Assembly: GCF_001194135.2 (NCBI RefSeq)
Contig: NC_068983.1
Coordinates: 28,452,933 to 28,488,952 of the forward strand
DNA: 36,020 nucleotides
Reading direction: 5' to 3'
Source of the DNA: Octopus bimaculoides
Lineage: Eukaryota
A program made the translations under genes and the position numbers. Every line of letters begins with the position of its first letter. Position 1 is the stretch's first letter. A model generated the notes under the pieces. That model saw only the letters and a program-made list of their open reading frames with translations. It was not told where the DNA came from and did no database searches. Of this stretch, positions 34,650 through 36,020 are shown piece after piece.

Positions 34650-35444
34650 TGCATGCATGTGTATTAGATATATCTAAATATGTGTAAAATATTGTCTCAA
34701 CGTTTTGTTAATCTTCTATAANNNNNNNNNNNNNNNNNNNNNNNNNNNNNNNNNNNNNNNNNNNNNNNNNNNNNNNNNNNNNNNNNNNNNNNNNNNNNNN
34801 NNNNNNNNNNNNNNNNNNNNNNNNNNNNNNNNNNNNNNNNNNNNNNNNNNNNNNNNNNNNNNNNNNNNNNNNNNNNNNNNNNNNNNNNNNNNNNNNNNNN
34901 NNNNNNNNNNNNNNNNNNNNNNNNNNNNNNNNNNNNNNNNNNNNNNNNNNNNNNNNNNNNNNNNNNNNNNNNNNNNNNNNNNNNNNNNNNNNNNNNNNNN
35001 NNNNNNNNNNNNNNNNNNNNNNNNNNNNNNNNNNNNNNNNNNNNNNNNNNNNNNNNNNNNNNNNNNNNNNNNNNNNNNNNNNNNNNNNNNNNNNNNNNNN
35101 NNNNNNNNNNNNNNNNNNNNNNNNNNNNNNNNNNNNNNNNNNNNNNNNNNNNNNNNNNNNNNNNNNNNNNNNNNNNNNNNNNNNNNNNNNNNNNNNNNNN
35201 NNNNNNNNNNNNNNNNNNNNNNNNNNNNTATATACGACGGGCTTCTTTCAGTTTCCAATTATCGGGTGGGTACTTTAAATTTCTTTTAAAACATCTTATT
35301 ACATTTAAATTTCTATCTTACAAACTGAAAAGGGAGCTTGACAAAATTAACTAAATTAGCATAAAATAATGGTTTCATCTCTTTTTATAATTAAGATCTA
35401 AACTGTTGATATATGAATGCAAAAGAGATAGTTGAATAACTATA

Positions 35445-35466
35445 AACCTACTTTTGGGCCACCCTG
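35445..35466. mobile_element. Isolated Tc1/mariner-like terminal inverted repeat
   Basis: aacctacttttgggccaccctg|TA, i.e. TA|CAGGGTGGCCCAAAAGTAGG on minus; partner end not identified. Confidence 0.45.
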
Positions 35467-35855
35467 TATACTTAAATCCTAAACTTCTCAAAAGTTTTAG
35501 AGATTTTTATAATTCCAGTAATGGTTTGGATTTGTGGTCTTTGAATCTGCTCTATTCTTTCTATTTTTGAGAAGCCTAATTTCTGAGGATTGGTACTTAG
35601 TGTGTTACATATCTCTTCCCCCCAATAATTACAGGTATAAACCTGAACTTGTGATTTGGTTAGAGTTAATGTTGATTTCCCAATAGTTCGACATAGGAAT
35701 TTTCCTACTTGCTGATCTTTAGCTTTATATGAACATCCACTGGACAGCTGACTTCCACAACTATACATAGTTTCTCTTCCCTCTCCCAAATTGCTATGTC
35801 AGATCTAGTTTTGAAAATTTTATCTTGAGGTTTTCACTGGGATATTTTACCAATA

Positions 35856-36020
35856 GGAGTGGCTGTGTGGTAAGTATCTTGCTTACCAGCCACATGGTTC
35901 CGGGTTCAGTCCCACTGCATGGCACTTTGGGCAAGTGTCTTTTTGTCTAGCCTCAGGCCAACCAATGTCTTGTGAGTGGATTTGGTAGACAGAAACTGAA
36001 AGAAGCTTGTCGTATATATA
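35856..36020 (+). mobile_element. 5' half of composite tRNA-derived SINE
   Basis: ggagtggctgtgtggtaag...gggttcagtcccactgcatggcactttgggcaagtgtc...gtgagtggatttggtagac. Confidence 0.9.

Overview
AT-rich, microsatellite-dense eukaryotic draft-assembly DNA with nine N gaps. The repeat families look like those of Octopus (from memory of octopus tRNA-derived SINEs; not database-checked). I found no intact, recognisable protein-coding gene, rRNA, true tRNA gene or CRISPR array; the window reads as intron or intergenic DNA. Most ORF-track entries are translations of (TA)n/(CA)n/triplet repeats, N runs or SINEs. Well-supported content: many tRNA-headed SINE copies of several families, a decayed D,D34D mariner transposase (11187-11981), and a decayed LINE reverse transcriptase (about 9410-11117). 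That LINE is split by a nested stack of insertions with visible target-site duplications (TSDs): a SINE, a 165-bp solo LTR and a direct-repeat element. There are also Tc1-, mariner- and piggyBac-type MITEs and a 470-bp foldback element. The most interesting leads are (i) a tRNA-headed element carrying a degenerate Penelope-type minimal hammerhead ribozyme (29470-29692, minus), (ii) a ~385-bp-period repeat with a weaker hammerhead-like motif, (iii) a 15-nt microexon candidate with strong splice signals (16276-16290, minus), and (iv) long inverted repeats able to form dsRNA. Several phase-compatible candidate exons exist on both strands, but none could be assigned to a known protein.
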